From: an uncultured Christensenella sp. | Lineage (GTDB): Bacteria > Bacillota > Clostridia > Christensenellales > UBA3700 | Direction: 5' to 3' | Assembly: GCA_910579785.1 (NCBI GenBank) | Contig: CAJTVJ010000002.1 | Coordinates: 42,529-106,528, forward strand | DNA: 64,000 nucleotides | Shown here: positions 8,695 through 18,622 of the stretch, piece by piece | How the letters are laid out: each line of letters starts with the position of its first letter | Position numbering within the stretch: the first letter of the stretch is position 1 | Translations under genes and position numbers: made by a program | The notes under the pieces: generated by a model | Seen by the model: only the letters and a program-made list of their open reading frames with translations | Database searches by the model: none | Told to the model about the DNA's origin: nothing

Positions 8695-9855
8695 ATGGTA
8701 CTGACTTTAAAAAATGCAAGGATATATACTTGCGGCAAGTTTAAGAGAGGCAACGTAATAATTAAAGACGGAGTGATAGCTGAGATATCCGATAGAGAGC
8801 AAGGTCAAGTCGTCGACGCAGGCGGCAGACTTTGCGTTGCCGGATATATAGATATACATACCCACGGAGGTTGGGGCAAGGACTGCATGGAGACGACGAA
8901 AGACGCGATCGACACTATAAGCAGATACCATCTCTATACGGGGACAACGTCGTATGTGCCCACGACAATGACGGCGAGCGTTGAGGATATCAACAAAGCC
9001 GTCGCCAATATAAGAGAATATAAGAGTAAGTACGCCCGTATTTTGGGTATTCATTTAGAAGGACCTTATCTTGCGCAAAAGAGCGCGGGCGCGCATCCGC
9101 CGCAGTTTTTGATGCCGCCGTCCAAAGACGACTCTTTTGTCTTTGACAATGACGACATAGTCGCAAGGGTTACGCTTGCGCCCAATCTCGACGGCGCGGC
9201 TGAGTTTTGTAAGAAGGCGACTCAACGTGGTATACAGGTGTCTATGGGACACGACGATAGCATAGACGACGAGATATACGCATGCGTAGAAAGCGGCGCC
9301 GACAGCGTGACGCATATGTACAACTGTACCTCGCGTCCTTCGCGCAGAGTTACTCCTAAAAAACATTTGGGACTTACCGAGGTCGGACTTGCCGACGGTA
9401 GAATAACAGACGAAGTAATTGCAGACGACAGACACGTGCCCAACGCGTTGTTCAAGATGATATACCGACTAAAAGGCGCGCAAGGCATATGTCTTGTATC
9501 CGATTCTTTGAGCGTAGCGGGTATGCCCGACGGAGATTATTATCTCGGCAGCGGAGCAAGCGCCCAAAAGATAAAGATAGACGACAACGTCGCCATCTTG
9601 CCTGATTTAAATACTTATGCCGGTTCGGTCACCCCCGTGGGCAAGATGGTAGCCAATCTTCACAGCATAGGCATACCGCTTGAAGATTGTATCGATATGT
9701 GCACAAAGACGCCGGCGGCTCTTTTGAAAAGAGACGATATCGGCGATATAGCGGTGGGCAAGAGAGGAGATATCAACTTGCTCAACGACGATTTAAGCAT
9801 TTATGCAACAGTGCTTGACGGAGTATTGATAGATAGGCAGGCATTAGAAATATAA
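8695..9855 (+). CDS. nagA: N-acetylglucosamine-6-phosphate deacetylase
   Basis: 'DIHTHGG' and 'HLEGPYL' amidohydrolase motifs. ATG at 8695 preferred over the GTG at 8662. Confidence 0.85.
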   Translation: MVLTLKNARIYTCGKFKRGNVIIKDGVIAEISDREQGQVVDAGGRLCVAGYIDIHTHGGWGKDCMETTKDAIDTISRYHLYTGTTSYVPTTMTASVEDINKAVANIREYKSKYARILGIHLEGPYLAQKSAGAHPPQFLMPPSKDDSFVFDNDDIVARVTLAPNLDGAAEFCKKATQRGIQVSMGHDDSIDDEIYACVESGADSVTHMYNCTSRPSRRVTPKKHLGLTEVGLADGRITDEVIADDRHVPNALFKMIYRLKGAQGICLVSDSLSVAGMPDGDYYLGSGASAQKIKIDDNVAILPDLNTYAGSVTPVGKMVANLHSIGIPLEDCIDMCTKTPAALLKRDDIGDIAVGKRGDINLLNDDLSIYATVLDGVLIDRQALEI

Positions 9856-9887
9856 GATTTTTATGAGATAAGGCAAAGGAGGGATTT

Positions 9888-10880
9888 ATGTCAAAGGAAA
9901 GCAGACAGCGTGACAGGCAAGAGCGCAAAGTTGCAAAAAAGAGGAAGATAAGCACCTCTAAGCTGGCTAAACTTGTCTTTGACGTAGACGATTCCGTCAA
10001 GAGTTTTATCACCAACAGCTACAAGAGCAGCAATAAGATAATCGAGATAACCAACGTCATATACGACCCTGCCGAGTCCGACGTGTGTATGCTTGATCTA
10101 TTCAAGCCCGAACTTGTGCTTAATTCGCCGTTGCCTGTGCTTGTCAACGTGCACGGAGGCGGCTGGGTCACCGGCGACAAGCGGTGGAGAGTTGCGCAAG
10201 GCAGGATATTTGCAGACATGGGAATGTGCGTGATAAATATCAATTACGGACTAAGTCCCAAATACAGATACCACCAATCATTGAGGCACGTCTTGACGGC
10301 AATGAAATGGCTTGAAAACAATGCAAAAGAGTACAATCTCGATCTTAACAACGTCTTTATTATGGGCGATTCTGCAGGCGGCCAGATTGCGTGCCAGGTA
10401 TGCGCGGTATTGCACAATAAGGAGTTTTTTGCAAGACTTGGAGTCGATTGCGTTTATTATCGTTTAAAGGGCGCGATAATCAACTGCGGCGCGGTGGATT
10501 TTGAAGATTTTTATAAGAATCCTATGGCAATAGATATAATTTGCGATATGACGGGAAAAGAGCTGGAAAATATAGACGAGTACGAATATAAAGACTTGCT
10601 CTACACCATTCCTTGGATTGACGCCGACTTTCCGCAGAAAGTGTTTGTCTCGTATGGAAAGAACGATATATTCGTCGGCAAACATCATATCGCGCTATTT
10701 AAAAAGCTTGACGAACTTGGCAAAAATTACGTGCAGTATTGCGGCAATTTCCCAGGTTTGCATTGCTTTCATTTATTCTATAAGACAAGCGAATCAAAGG
10801 GAATGTATATTGCCGCAAAGAAGTATCTGATGGACCTAGTCAGAGGCGTCGACGAGTTTGTCTCCGTTGCGGACAGGTAA
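9888..10880 (+). CDS. alpha/beta hydrolase (HSL-type esterase/lipase fold)
   Basis: 'HGGGW' oxyanion motif and 'GDSAGG' nucleophile elbow. AAGGAGGG RBS. Confidence 0.8.
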   Translation: MSKESRQRDRQERKVAKKRKISTSKLAKLVFDVDDSVKSFITNSYKSSNKIIEITNVIYDPAESDVCMLDLFKPELVLNSPLPVLVNVHGGGWVTGDKRWRVAQGRIFADMGMCVININYGLSPKYRYHQSLRHVLTAMKWLENNAKEYNLDLNNVFIMGDSAGGQIACQVCAVLHNKEFFARLGVDCVYYRLKGAIINCGAVDFEDFYKNPMAIDIICDMTGKELENIDEYEYKDLLYTIPWIDADFPQKVFVSYGKNDIFVGKHHIALFKKLDELGKNYVQYCGNFPGLHCFHLFYKTSESKGMYIAAKKYLMDLVRGVDEFVSVADR

Positions 10881-11939
10881 TTATTTCATAGATACGTTTA
10901 CGCTTACGTCGAGGGTGATATCTTGAAGATAGCCCTCTTTTTTATACAGCTCGATATTCGACGCATACGCAGTCTGTCCCAAGTAGAATATGTCAAGTCC
11001 TTGCTCTTTGCAGGTCTCAAAGCATTGCGTGACGTAATTTGAGATAAGCTGCTTAATGAGTTCGACGCTTTTTTCTTCGTCAATGTTTTCCGGCACGTAA
11101 GCCTTGTCGTTGAAGGTAGTCTTGATTTTTATCTTGGCTTTGCCGTCTTTTGATACTTTGATATCTGATTTAGCGTTGACGATATCAACCTCGCCGAATT
11201 TGTCTTCATATTCGTAAGACAGCTCTCCGCCTTTGAGTTTGTTGAGTGCGAAGCTCAGTCCCTTTGTGGCGTCTTCGTTGAGATATGCCGAGTTATATCC
11301 GTCTGTGACAAAGCTCTCCGTGACGGATATATACGTCACTTCTCCCGTCTTTTCCACGCTGACGTAGGGAAGATATACGCATCCGCCTATGCGGAATCTA
11401 TTCATGATGTAATCTTTTATCGTCATAGGTATCACGCCGAGATCTTTACCGATATCTCTGAGGAAATGTCCAAGATAATAACCGCCGCCCTGACCGTTGG
11501 ACAGCTTGGCATTGAGTATTTCCAACGGGGAATCTTTGCTCGCCACAACCATCGTGTTGTTGCAAAGCTCTTCGTTTTCCACAAAAAATCTCATTGCTTT
11601 GTCATTGTCTTTTGTCAGCAAGTCGTTTCCAAGCACCAATACCAACGTGTGGCACAGCGACACTGCGCCTCCCGTCTCATGACTCAGCCTTTCTAAAATT
11701 TCCGTTATAGTCTTACCCTTAGAAGAGTAGGTGAGAAATTCTTTTTGCTGACTTTGATCGGCTTTGAGAAGTTGTATTCCCATCTCATATTCATCGTCTT
11801 GCAAATCAAGAGAAATCGCAAGCACAATCGAACGGGCGCTGACGCTCTTTTGTTCTTCAAGGAAAGAGAATGTCACCAATATCAATAATATCACGGCTAT
11901 GACCAGCCATTTTTTGTTGACGAATTTCGGTTTGTTCAT
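10881..11939 (-). CDS. Ger(x)C family spore germination protein
   Basis: Third gene of a gerA-type operon, with a 4-nt ATGA overlap with the B subunit gene. Size and N-terminal hydrophobic anchor are as expected. Confidence 0.7.
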   Translation of the reverse strand: MNKPKFVNKKWLVIAVILLILVTFSFLEEQKSVSARSIVLAISLDLQDDEYEMGIQLLKADQSQQKEFLTYSSKGKTITEILERLSHETGGAVSLCHTLVLVLGNDLLTKDNDKAMRFFVENEELCNNTMVVASKDSPLEILNAKLSNGQGGGYYLGHFLRDIGKDLGVIPMTIKDYIMNRFRIGGCVYLPYVSVEKTGEVTYISVTESFVTDGYNSAYLNEDATKGLSFALNKLKGGELSYEYEDKFGEVDIVNAKSDIKVSKDGKAKIKIKTTFNDKAYVPENIDEEKSVELIKQLISNYVTQCFETCKEQGLDIFYLGQTAYASNIELYKKEGYLQDITLDVSVNVSMK

Positions 11940-13090
11940 GCGTTGCCTCCTTGGATAGACTGCGCGGCGGACGTATCGGCTTGCGCATTTTGCGCCTCTT
12001 TGTTTTGCGGCATTGTTTTTTCTTTTTTACGTTGGCTGATTCTCATAGCGATATATGCCGCTATCGTTACGCAAAATTCCGCAAAGAACGCATAATATCT
12101 CAGCCAGCTTGTCGCCCATTTGTAATTGGTGTTGAGATTGCCGATTACGTAGCATATCACTACGCATACGACTGCGCCGCATATCGCCGCAACCAAAGCC
12201 CTATTGCCGAAAAAGAACTTTGCGCATTCCGTCATCGCATACAGCAGCAGCGAGAACTTTGTCACGCACATCACCATCCAGGCGAGCACTGTCGGCAGGT
12301 CCGCCGAGCCTATCATAAACGAAATTTTATTGAGTGATGAGATATTGATGAAGGCATTGCCTATCAATTCGCCTGCGCCTCCGAAAGTGCAGGTGAAGAG
12401 TATCATAAGTCCCACCGTGCACACCAACGTGCCTATCACCGTCAGCACAGTCCACAGCGCAAGGCGGTATTTTTTGCGGTTGGGGGATTTACACACGTGT
12501 ATAAACAGCAGAGGAGTGAAATCGCCAAACCACATGAGATATCTATCGCCGGCGACAGCCAGCTCTCCCGATACCTTAAAAGGCATAAGGTTGAGTATAT
12601 TGAGATTCACGTTGGAAAACATTGCGAAAAACAACAGCGCAAACGCCATTATCCAAAAGAATATCTGTGTAGAACGCGCTATTACTTTTCCGCCTTTATG
12701 CGCAAGATAAGTGCACGTTGCAAGCAAGGCGAGCGTGATAAATATCCAGCTTACGTTGTCGTATATCGACGTTGAGATATAAGATACGCCCTCGCTGCCC
12801 AGCACAGTGCTTTTGATAAACGACGAGGAAAATACCAATATGGCAAATACGCCTTTGAGCCACTTAGGCACGTCGAGTTGCAACAGCGAGCCATTTTTGG
12901 TTATGCCGTATACAACCGCCATCATCATCATTTCGACTATCACCAAAAATGCCATTATCATATATCCGTTGTTGCTTGCCGCTTTTACGAAATACTGCGG
13001 CAGCATTACCACTTTGAAGGTGACTATTGTGACAAATGCCAACAACAGGAACTGATCTTCATATACTTTATTCAACTGATCTTCTTTCAT
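11936..13090 (-). CDS. spore germination protein, Ger(x)B amino-acid-permease-like subunit
   Basis: Polytopic membrane protein of about 10 TM helices, placed between the A and C subunit genes. Confidence 0.75.
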   Translation of the reverse strand: MKEDQLNKVYEDQFLLLAFVTIVTFKVVMLPQYFVKAASNNGYMIMAFLVIVEMMMMAVVYGITKNGSLLQLDVPKWLKGVFAILVFSSSFIKSTVLGSEGVSYISTSIYDNVSWIFITLALLATCTYLAHKGGKVIARSTQIFFWIMAFALLFFAMFSNVNLNILNLMPFKVSGELAVAGDRYLMWFGDFTPLLFIHVCKSPNRKKYRLALWTVLTVIGTLVCTVGLMILFTCTFGGAGELIGNAFINISSLNKISFMIGSADLPTVLAWMVMCVTKFSLLLYAMTECAKFFFGNRALVAAICGAVVCVVICYVIGNLNTNYKWATSWLRYYAFFAEFCVTIAAYIAMRISQRKKEKTMPQNKEAQNAQADTSAAQSIQGGNA

Positions 13091-13158
13091 ATTTGCTCCG
13101 TGGGCTATTGATTAAGTTCATGCGAAGTATTTTCACTCATGACACCTAGACAGTAGTT

Positions 13159-14652
13159 TTAATTTTCTTGATTTTGCGTATTGTTTTCGTCCTGACTTTC
13201 GTTTTGATTTTGCTCGATAGTCGTACGTTGACGGGTACGGTTGGAAGTGGGAACGGAATAGGGACGTTCGCCAAATTCTTGCAACTGCGCTTTGATTGGT
13301 CCGTCTTGCCAATCGTGTATAAGCGAAGGGGCGAATGGTGACATATATGCGATACCGTAACTGTTTATCGAACACAGGTATGCAAGCACTCCCGTCATGA
13401 CAAGCAGTATTCCGACGATTCCCAGCACGCCGCCTACTGCGACAAATGCAAATCTCAGTATGCTTGACGAATTTATTTCGTCGGGTATGCAGTACAGACC
13501 TACCGTGGATATCGCGACGATTATCACCGACGAGATAGAGAACAGTCCCGCTGTGACCGCCGCTTCGCCGAGTATGATGGCGCCGACAACCGACAGCGCC
13601 ATGCTGACGTATCTCGGCATACGTATCGACGTCTCGTTGAGTATCTCGAATATCACCAGCACAAACAGCATTTCCAGCAGAGGCGAGAGCGGTATATTGG
13701 TGATTTGACCGAGCACCGACACAAGGTATTTTATTGGGAATAATTGATAGTGGTGTTCTTGCAGCGCGACGTAAATTCCCGGCATCAAAATCGAGAATAT
13801 CAAAGCAAAAAGTCTTACTATACGCACCATTGACGCGCGATAGCTTTTGATATAATAATCTTCGCTCATTTGGAAGTTTTCATACATCAAAAAGGGCAGC
13901 GTCAGCACCGCCGGCGACCCGTCGACCAATATGGCAACTCTGCCTTCTAAAATCTTACCTACAACGGTGTCGGGTTTTTCACTCGATCCCACGTGCGAGA
14001 AAAGCGAAAATTTATTTTCTTCCAAGTATCTCGATACATATGACGATTCTACTATGCCGTCTATATCTATCTTTTCGATTTGTGTCTTGATTCTGTCGAC
14101 TATTTTGGGGTCTGCTACTCCGTCCAAAAAGCATACGGCTATCTTGGTCTGCGTATATTTGCCCACGTTCATTATCTCAAAATTGAGTTTGGGCGACGCC
14201 AGCCTGCGCCTTATCAAAAACATATTGGTCTTCAAGTCTTCGATAAAGCCTTCTCTCGGTCCGCGAAGCACCGTGGATACTGGCGGCTCGGCAACGGCGC
14301 GCAGCTGATACTTCTTTTCGCTGTATCGGAAAAAACTTTCCGCTCCGTCGGCAAGCAGCACTATTTCGCCTGCGGATATCTCCGACACAGCCTTGACGTA
14401 GTCGGGTATCTCTTGGATAGGGGTCGTCATTTGAGTGTTTTCGTTGAGCATATCCATCGTCACAGCGCCATCGCCTTGCAACGCCTTTAATGGGGAGAGG
14501 ATATTGTCCTCAAAAAGCAGCGTGTCTATATATCCGTCGATATAGAAAAAACATGCCGACCTTCCGCATACCGTCAGCTCTATCGTCCTCAAATCGCACG
14601 TACCGCAAAACTCATTTTTGATCTTGTCATATTCTTCTTTATAATTCAGCAT
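13159..14652 (-). CDS. spore germination protein, GerA/KA family A subunit
   Basis: 'LRGPREGFIEDLKTNMFLIRRRL' is the signature region of the GerA family. C-terminal TM domain. Confidence 0.9.
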   Translation of the reverse strand: MLNYKEEYDKIKNEFCGTCDLRTIELTVCGRSACFFYIDGYIDTLLFEDNILSPLKALQGDGAVTMDMLNENTQMTTPIQEIPDYVKAVSEISAGEIVLLADGAESFFRYSEKKYQLRAVAEPPVSTVLRGPREGFIEDLKTNMFLIRRRLASPKLNFEIMNVGKYTQTKIAVCFLDGVADPKIVDRIKTQIEKIDIDGIVESSYVSRYLEENKFSLFSHVGSSEKPDTVVGKILEGRVAILVDGSPAVLTLPFLMYENFQMSEDYYIKSYRASMVRIVRLFALIFSILMPGIYVALQEHHYQLFPIKYLVSVLGQITNIPLSPLLEMLFVLVIFEILNETSIRMPRYVSMALSVVGAIILGEAAVTAGLFSISSVIIVAISTVGLYCIPDEINSSSILRFAFVAVGGVLGIVGILLVMTGVLAYLCSINSYGIAYMSPFAPSLIHDWQDGPIKAQLQEFGERPYSVPTSNRTRQRTTIEQNQNESQDENNTQNQEN

Positions 14653-14725
14653 ATATGAGTTATTGCTTATTCAAAGAAATTTATACGATTATTTTAAAAT
14701 TGATAAAAAAGAAATGTGATTTGTG

Positions 14726-14756
14726 ATAAAAATACGCGCGCCGTTGGGCGCGCGTA
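14726..14756 (-). terminator. rho-independent terminator of the beta-mannosidase gene
   Basis: GC-rich stem TACGCGCGCC / GGCGCGCGTA with a 4-nt loop. T-run on the minus strand. Confidence 0.8.
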
Positions 14757-14774
14757 TAGCGTTGTAAAAGTCTA

Positions 14775-17297
14775 TTATTTATCAAACGTTCTTGCAATAT
14801 AATTGGCAAGGTTGACGGGATTCCAGAATATCGCGCCCTTGTCCATCTTATCGCGGATAGAGGAGTGCTTTTTCTCTATATCGCACAGCGAGCGTATCGT
14901 TATTTTGGTTTTGATGCTCTCTAAATCCTCGCCGTCAGGTAAATCGAAATATATATTCGTCTTCTGATGCGGCAGCAGGTCAAAATAGTTGTCAGACAGC
15001 ATTGTATTGTGACCTTTGAGACGTATCTCGACAAATCTGGCATATCCGTCTGCATGTATCTCCATACACACCTTATTGCCCGACGTAGAGAGGTTGTAAG
15101 ACAGCTTTGTCTTAGGCAGTTTGACCTTGTTTTCGTTGGTGAGAGGCAAGGTCTCCTGACATATGATATTGCCGTTCATATCGTAAGCGATAGCGTATAC
15201 GTAACACTTCTTTTCTTTTATCTTTTTGAGTATGTTTTTGAGGTCGAGTATAGCCACCTGTCCCACGTGGTCCGGCGGTATCTCCACCGTGTTGACTATC
15301 GAGTGAAGTTCTTGATTGTCATACGTCATTACGCCGCACTTTATCTTTGTCTTGAATTTGGTCTGCCAATCGTTGACAAAGAGGAGTTTCATAGTGTCGT
15401 TTTCGCGATTGAATACCAAGACGGTGTTTTGATTAAAGCGTTTTGCGCAATATTGCAAAGCCTTCATATTGCCGTAATAATCCATGCCCGACCAGGAATT
15501 TACGCCCCAACAGTCGTTGTATTGCCAATACAGTGCGCCGTGACATCTGGGATTTATACGCCAGCCTTCGGTCGCGTTTTTTATGCAAAGCGCCTGCGTC
15601 AGCTGCGATAGATATACCGTATCTTTAAAGTGTTTGGGCGTCCAGAACTTTGACAGCATATAATACTTTATCTTTCCGTTGCCGCCGATACACTTTTGGT
15701 GAGCTTTGGCGATAGGAGAATGCGTATTGGTGTATTCGTGAGAGTCGCAGAATATATCAATCGCATTGAGCGAAGGCAGGGATTCTATGCCGAATTCACT
15801 GCAAAATCTCGTCGGCATACCCTTATAATATTCCAGCTTTCTCAATCCGTGCCATACGTGCCAAAGGTGAGTGTCGCCCTTATCGCAGCTGTTTATATTT
15901 TTCATATATTCGCCGCTTGACGGGGTGCACGCCCAATACGGAGTGACGTCGTCGAGTGGTTTGAGATGATTTGGCAGTGTCTCATAGAAGAACTTGCCGC
16001 AATCTTTTATCACGCTTTTACGGTTGAGCCAAGCCATAGACATTGACTCAATCTCGTTGTTGCCTGCCCAAAGACACAGCGACGCATGGTTCTTTATTCT
16101 CAGCACGTTGTCTTCAACCTCGGCAAATACTTCCTGCAAAAATTCTTCGTCGTTAAAGGGATATGGCGAGCAGGCAAAATTGAAGTCCTGCCATACCAAA
16201 AGTCCCAATTCGTCGCACATATCATAAAATCTGTCGCTTTCGTAATATCCGCCGCCCCATACTCTTATCATATTCATGTTGCATGCTTTCGCCTTATAGA
16301 GCAAATCGCGCAGTTTTTCGTCGCTGACGTTGTTGATAAAGCTGTCGGCAGGTATCCAATTGGCGCCTCTTGCGAATATCTTTTTGCCGTTGACGAAGAA
16401 ACAGAAATTGCGTCCTATCTCGTCAAGTTCGTTGTCGAGCGTTATCGTCCTAAGTCCTATCTTCTGCGACTTCTCGCATACGACTGCGCCGTCGGACAGC
16501 ACTTTGATATCCAAATCGTAGAGCGTCTGCGCGCCCATATTGTTGCACCACCAAAGCTGCGGATTTTCCACGCGTAAAGTAGACGTGCCGTCTCCCGTTG
16601 CGGTGCATACGACGTCGCCTTTGAGAGATAGGGTATATTGCACTTCGACAGGCTTGCTGCACTCCGTCACGTGAGTTTTGACGTCCAAAGTCACAAGATT
16701 TTCGCCGTGGGTCTGTTTGATATCCACGCGTTTGATCTTGCAGACGTTGTATCCGTTGATATATATGTCGCCTGCAATTCCGCACGTCAAAAGATGCGGA
16801 CCCCAATCCCATCCGAAATGGTAGGGACTTTTGCGGATTTGGCACGATCCCGCCTCGCCGAGCGTACTGTTGGGCAAAGGATTGCTGCGGTGCTTCTTTG
16901 CAATATATCCAAGGGGTGAACGGAAGGATATTTTTATAGAGTTTTTACCCGCTTTGAGGATATCCTTTATATTCCAAGCATATCTGCGGTTGATATTCTT
17001 TACGTTTGCGATGAGTTTGTCATTTACGTATACGTCTGCCAAAGTATCCAGCATGTCGCAGTTGAGCTCGACGTACTCGTTGTCAAGAAGCTCTTCGTCG
17101 ATTTCAAATTCTCTGAAATAATCCCAATCGCTGCGGCCCACCCACTGCACGAGTTCTTCGTTCAATCCGATGAGAGGATCGTCTATGACCTCTGCGTTTT
17201 TCAAGTCGGTAAAAATGTCGCCGGGTACGTTGCCGGTGTAGACTTTGTTGTTGCCGGGCATATTAAATGACCATTGTCCGTTGAGAGAAATTTTCAT
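14775..17297 (-). CDS. GH2 beta-mannosidase
   Basis: N-terminus 'MKISLNGQWSF', then 'NMIRVWGGGYYE' and 'LWAGNNEIE', typical of GH2 beta-mannosidases. No signal peptide. Start set at the ATG at 17297. Confidence 0.85.
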   Translation of the reverse strand: MKISLNGQWSFNMPGNNKVYTGNVPGDIFTDLKNAEVIDDPLIGLNEELVQWVGRSDWDYFREFEIDEELLDNEYVELNCDMLDTLADVYVNDKLIANVKNINRRYAWNIKDILKAGKNSIKISFRSPLGYIAKKHRSNPLPNSTLGEAGSCQIRKSPYHFGWDWGPHLLTCGIAGDIYINGYNVCKIKRVDIKQTHGENLVTLDVKTHVTECSKPVEVQYTLSLKGDVVCTATGDGTSTLRVENPQLWWCNNMGAQTLYDLDIKVLSDGAVVCEKSQKIGLRTITLDNELDEIGRNFCFFVNGKKIFARGANWIPADSFINNVSDEKLRDLLYKAKACNMNMIRVWGGGYYESDRFYDMCDELGLLVWQDFNFACSPYPFNDEEFLQEVFAEVEDNVLRIKNHASLCLWAGNNEIESMSMAWLNRKSVIKDCGKFFYETLPNHLKPLDDVTPYWACTPSSGEYMKNINSCDKGDTHLWHVWHGLRKLEYYKGMPTRFCSEFGIESLPSLNAIDIFCDSHEYTNTHSPIAKAHQKCIGGNGKIKYYMLSKFWTPKHFKDTVYLSQLTQALCIKNATEGWRINPRCHGALYWQYNDCWGVNSWSGMDYYGNMKALQYCAKRFNQNTVLVFNRENDTMKLLFVNDWQTKFKTKIKCGVMTYDNQELHSIVNTVEIPPDHVGQVAILDLKNILKKIKEKKCYVYAIAYDMNGNIICQETLPLTNENKVKLPKTKLSYNLSTSGNKVCMEIHADGYARFVEIRLKGHNTMLSDNYFDLLPHQKTNIYFDLPDGEDLESIKTKITIRSLCDIEKKHSSIRDKMDKGAIFWNPVNLANYIARTFDK

Positions 17298-17417
17298 AAT
17301 TTTGTCGTCCTTTTCCCAAGTTTTTATTATCAAATAATATAATAATTTTATCATTAAGTATTAAATATGTCAATATCGAAAAGGAAAATCTTGCGGCATT
17401 TTGTCGTCAAAATGGTA

Positions 17418-17446
17418 TTGTAAAAGCAAGTTTTCCATGCTATAAT
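17418..17446 (+). promoter_or_regulatory. sigma-A type promoter candidate
   Basis: TTGTAA, 17-nt spacer, TATAAT, about 30 nt upstream of the metallophosphoesterase start. Confidence 0.5.
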
Positions 17447-17478
17447 AGACGCAAATACGATTTGTTTGGGAGAAAATC

Positions 17479-18621
17479 ATGGCAAGTTTATCAAAAAAAC
17501 AAAAAGCCATTATTACCTCGGTAGTAGTGCCAATCGCAATAATATTGATAGTGGTTGGCAGCGTTCTCATATCCTTTGCGGCGTTTAGCTACAAAAAGGG
17601 AGAGGTCGAAAAAGCCACTTCGATACAGCTTAAAGAGGACGGGGTGCTTAGAGTATTGCAGTTGACAGATCTGCATCTTACCGCGATACCTGTGACAAAG
17701 CAGGACAAACAGACTATCAAATGGGTCAAGCAAGCCGTCAAGTATGCGCGCGCTGACGTCGTGGCGGTGACGGGCGATGCAGTGGGCAGTCTTGCTCCGT
17801 TCAGATTTAGGGATCAGGCGCTAATAGAGCTTGCGGAAGTCTTTGAAGAAGCCGAAGTTTATTGGATGTATACCTTTGGAAATCACGACGGAGAATGGTC
17901 GCAAGCAACCAAATGAGAGGTAAAGCAAGCCAACCAAGATCAAGGCAAAGAAGAGTTGTACGACCTTCTTAAAGGATATAAGTATTCTCTTATGCAAAAG
18001 GGCGATACCGACGGCGTCGGCAATTACGTTGTCGACGTTGTAGACGGCGACGGCAAGGTCGTATACGGTCTTATCAATATGGATTCCCAGGCTAGGAATT
18101 GGGACGAAAACGGCGAGAAGATGTCGACGTACAGAGGACTTACCGACAATCAAAAGACTTGGTATGAACAGCAGGTGAGAGCATTGCAGGCAAGAGCGGG
18201 CGCGCCCGTCAAGTCATCGCTTTTTATGCACGTGCCGCTCTTTGAATACAACGACGCATGGCTCAACGGCGTACATGTCGGAGGTTTCCCTGTCGTCAAC
18301 ATAGAGGGCGAGAGTTATGCGCCCGATAAGAATTACGGTTTTTATCAAAAGATAAAAGAGCTTGGCAGCACAGATTTCGTCACTGTCGGACACGATCACG
18401 ACTTTAATTGGCTTATCAAATACGACGAGGACGTCGACAGTGGGTTTGAGGGAGTATATTTCTCATACGGCAGAGTGTCGGGCGTCAACGCATGGCAGCG
18501 CCGTACGCCTGTCGGCGCGACAGTCATAGACATCAATATCAATGCTACGAATATAGACGCAAGGTATAAAGTCAGCGTGATAGAGCCTTCGTTTGAGTAT
18601 GACGAATATGCATGGTGGTAA
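17479..18621 (+). pseudogene. membrane-anchored calcineurin-like metallophosphoesterase interrupted by an in-frame TGA (17914-17916)
   Basis: ORFs 17479-17916 and 17956-18621 are in the same frame. The first half carries 'LTDLH', 'VTGD' and 'GNHD'; the second carries 'MHVP' and 'GHDHD'. Together they make one complete phosphoesterase. Confidence 0.7.
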
Positions 18622-18622
18622 A

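Noticed and set aside
17914-17916. Selenocysteine or an alternative genetic code for the in-frame TGA
   Set aside because: TGA clearly terminates other genes in the window (galE, the ABC permease, iolA). I saw no convincing SECIS-like hairpin immediately downstream. The possibility is kept only as a minor alternative in the finding.
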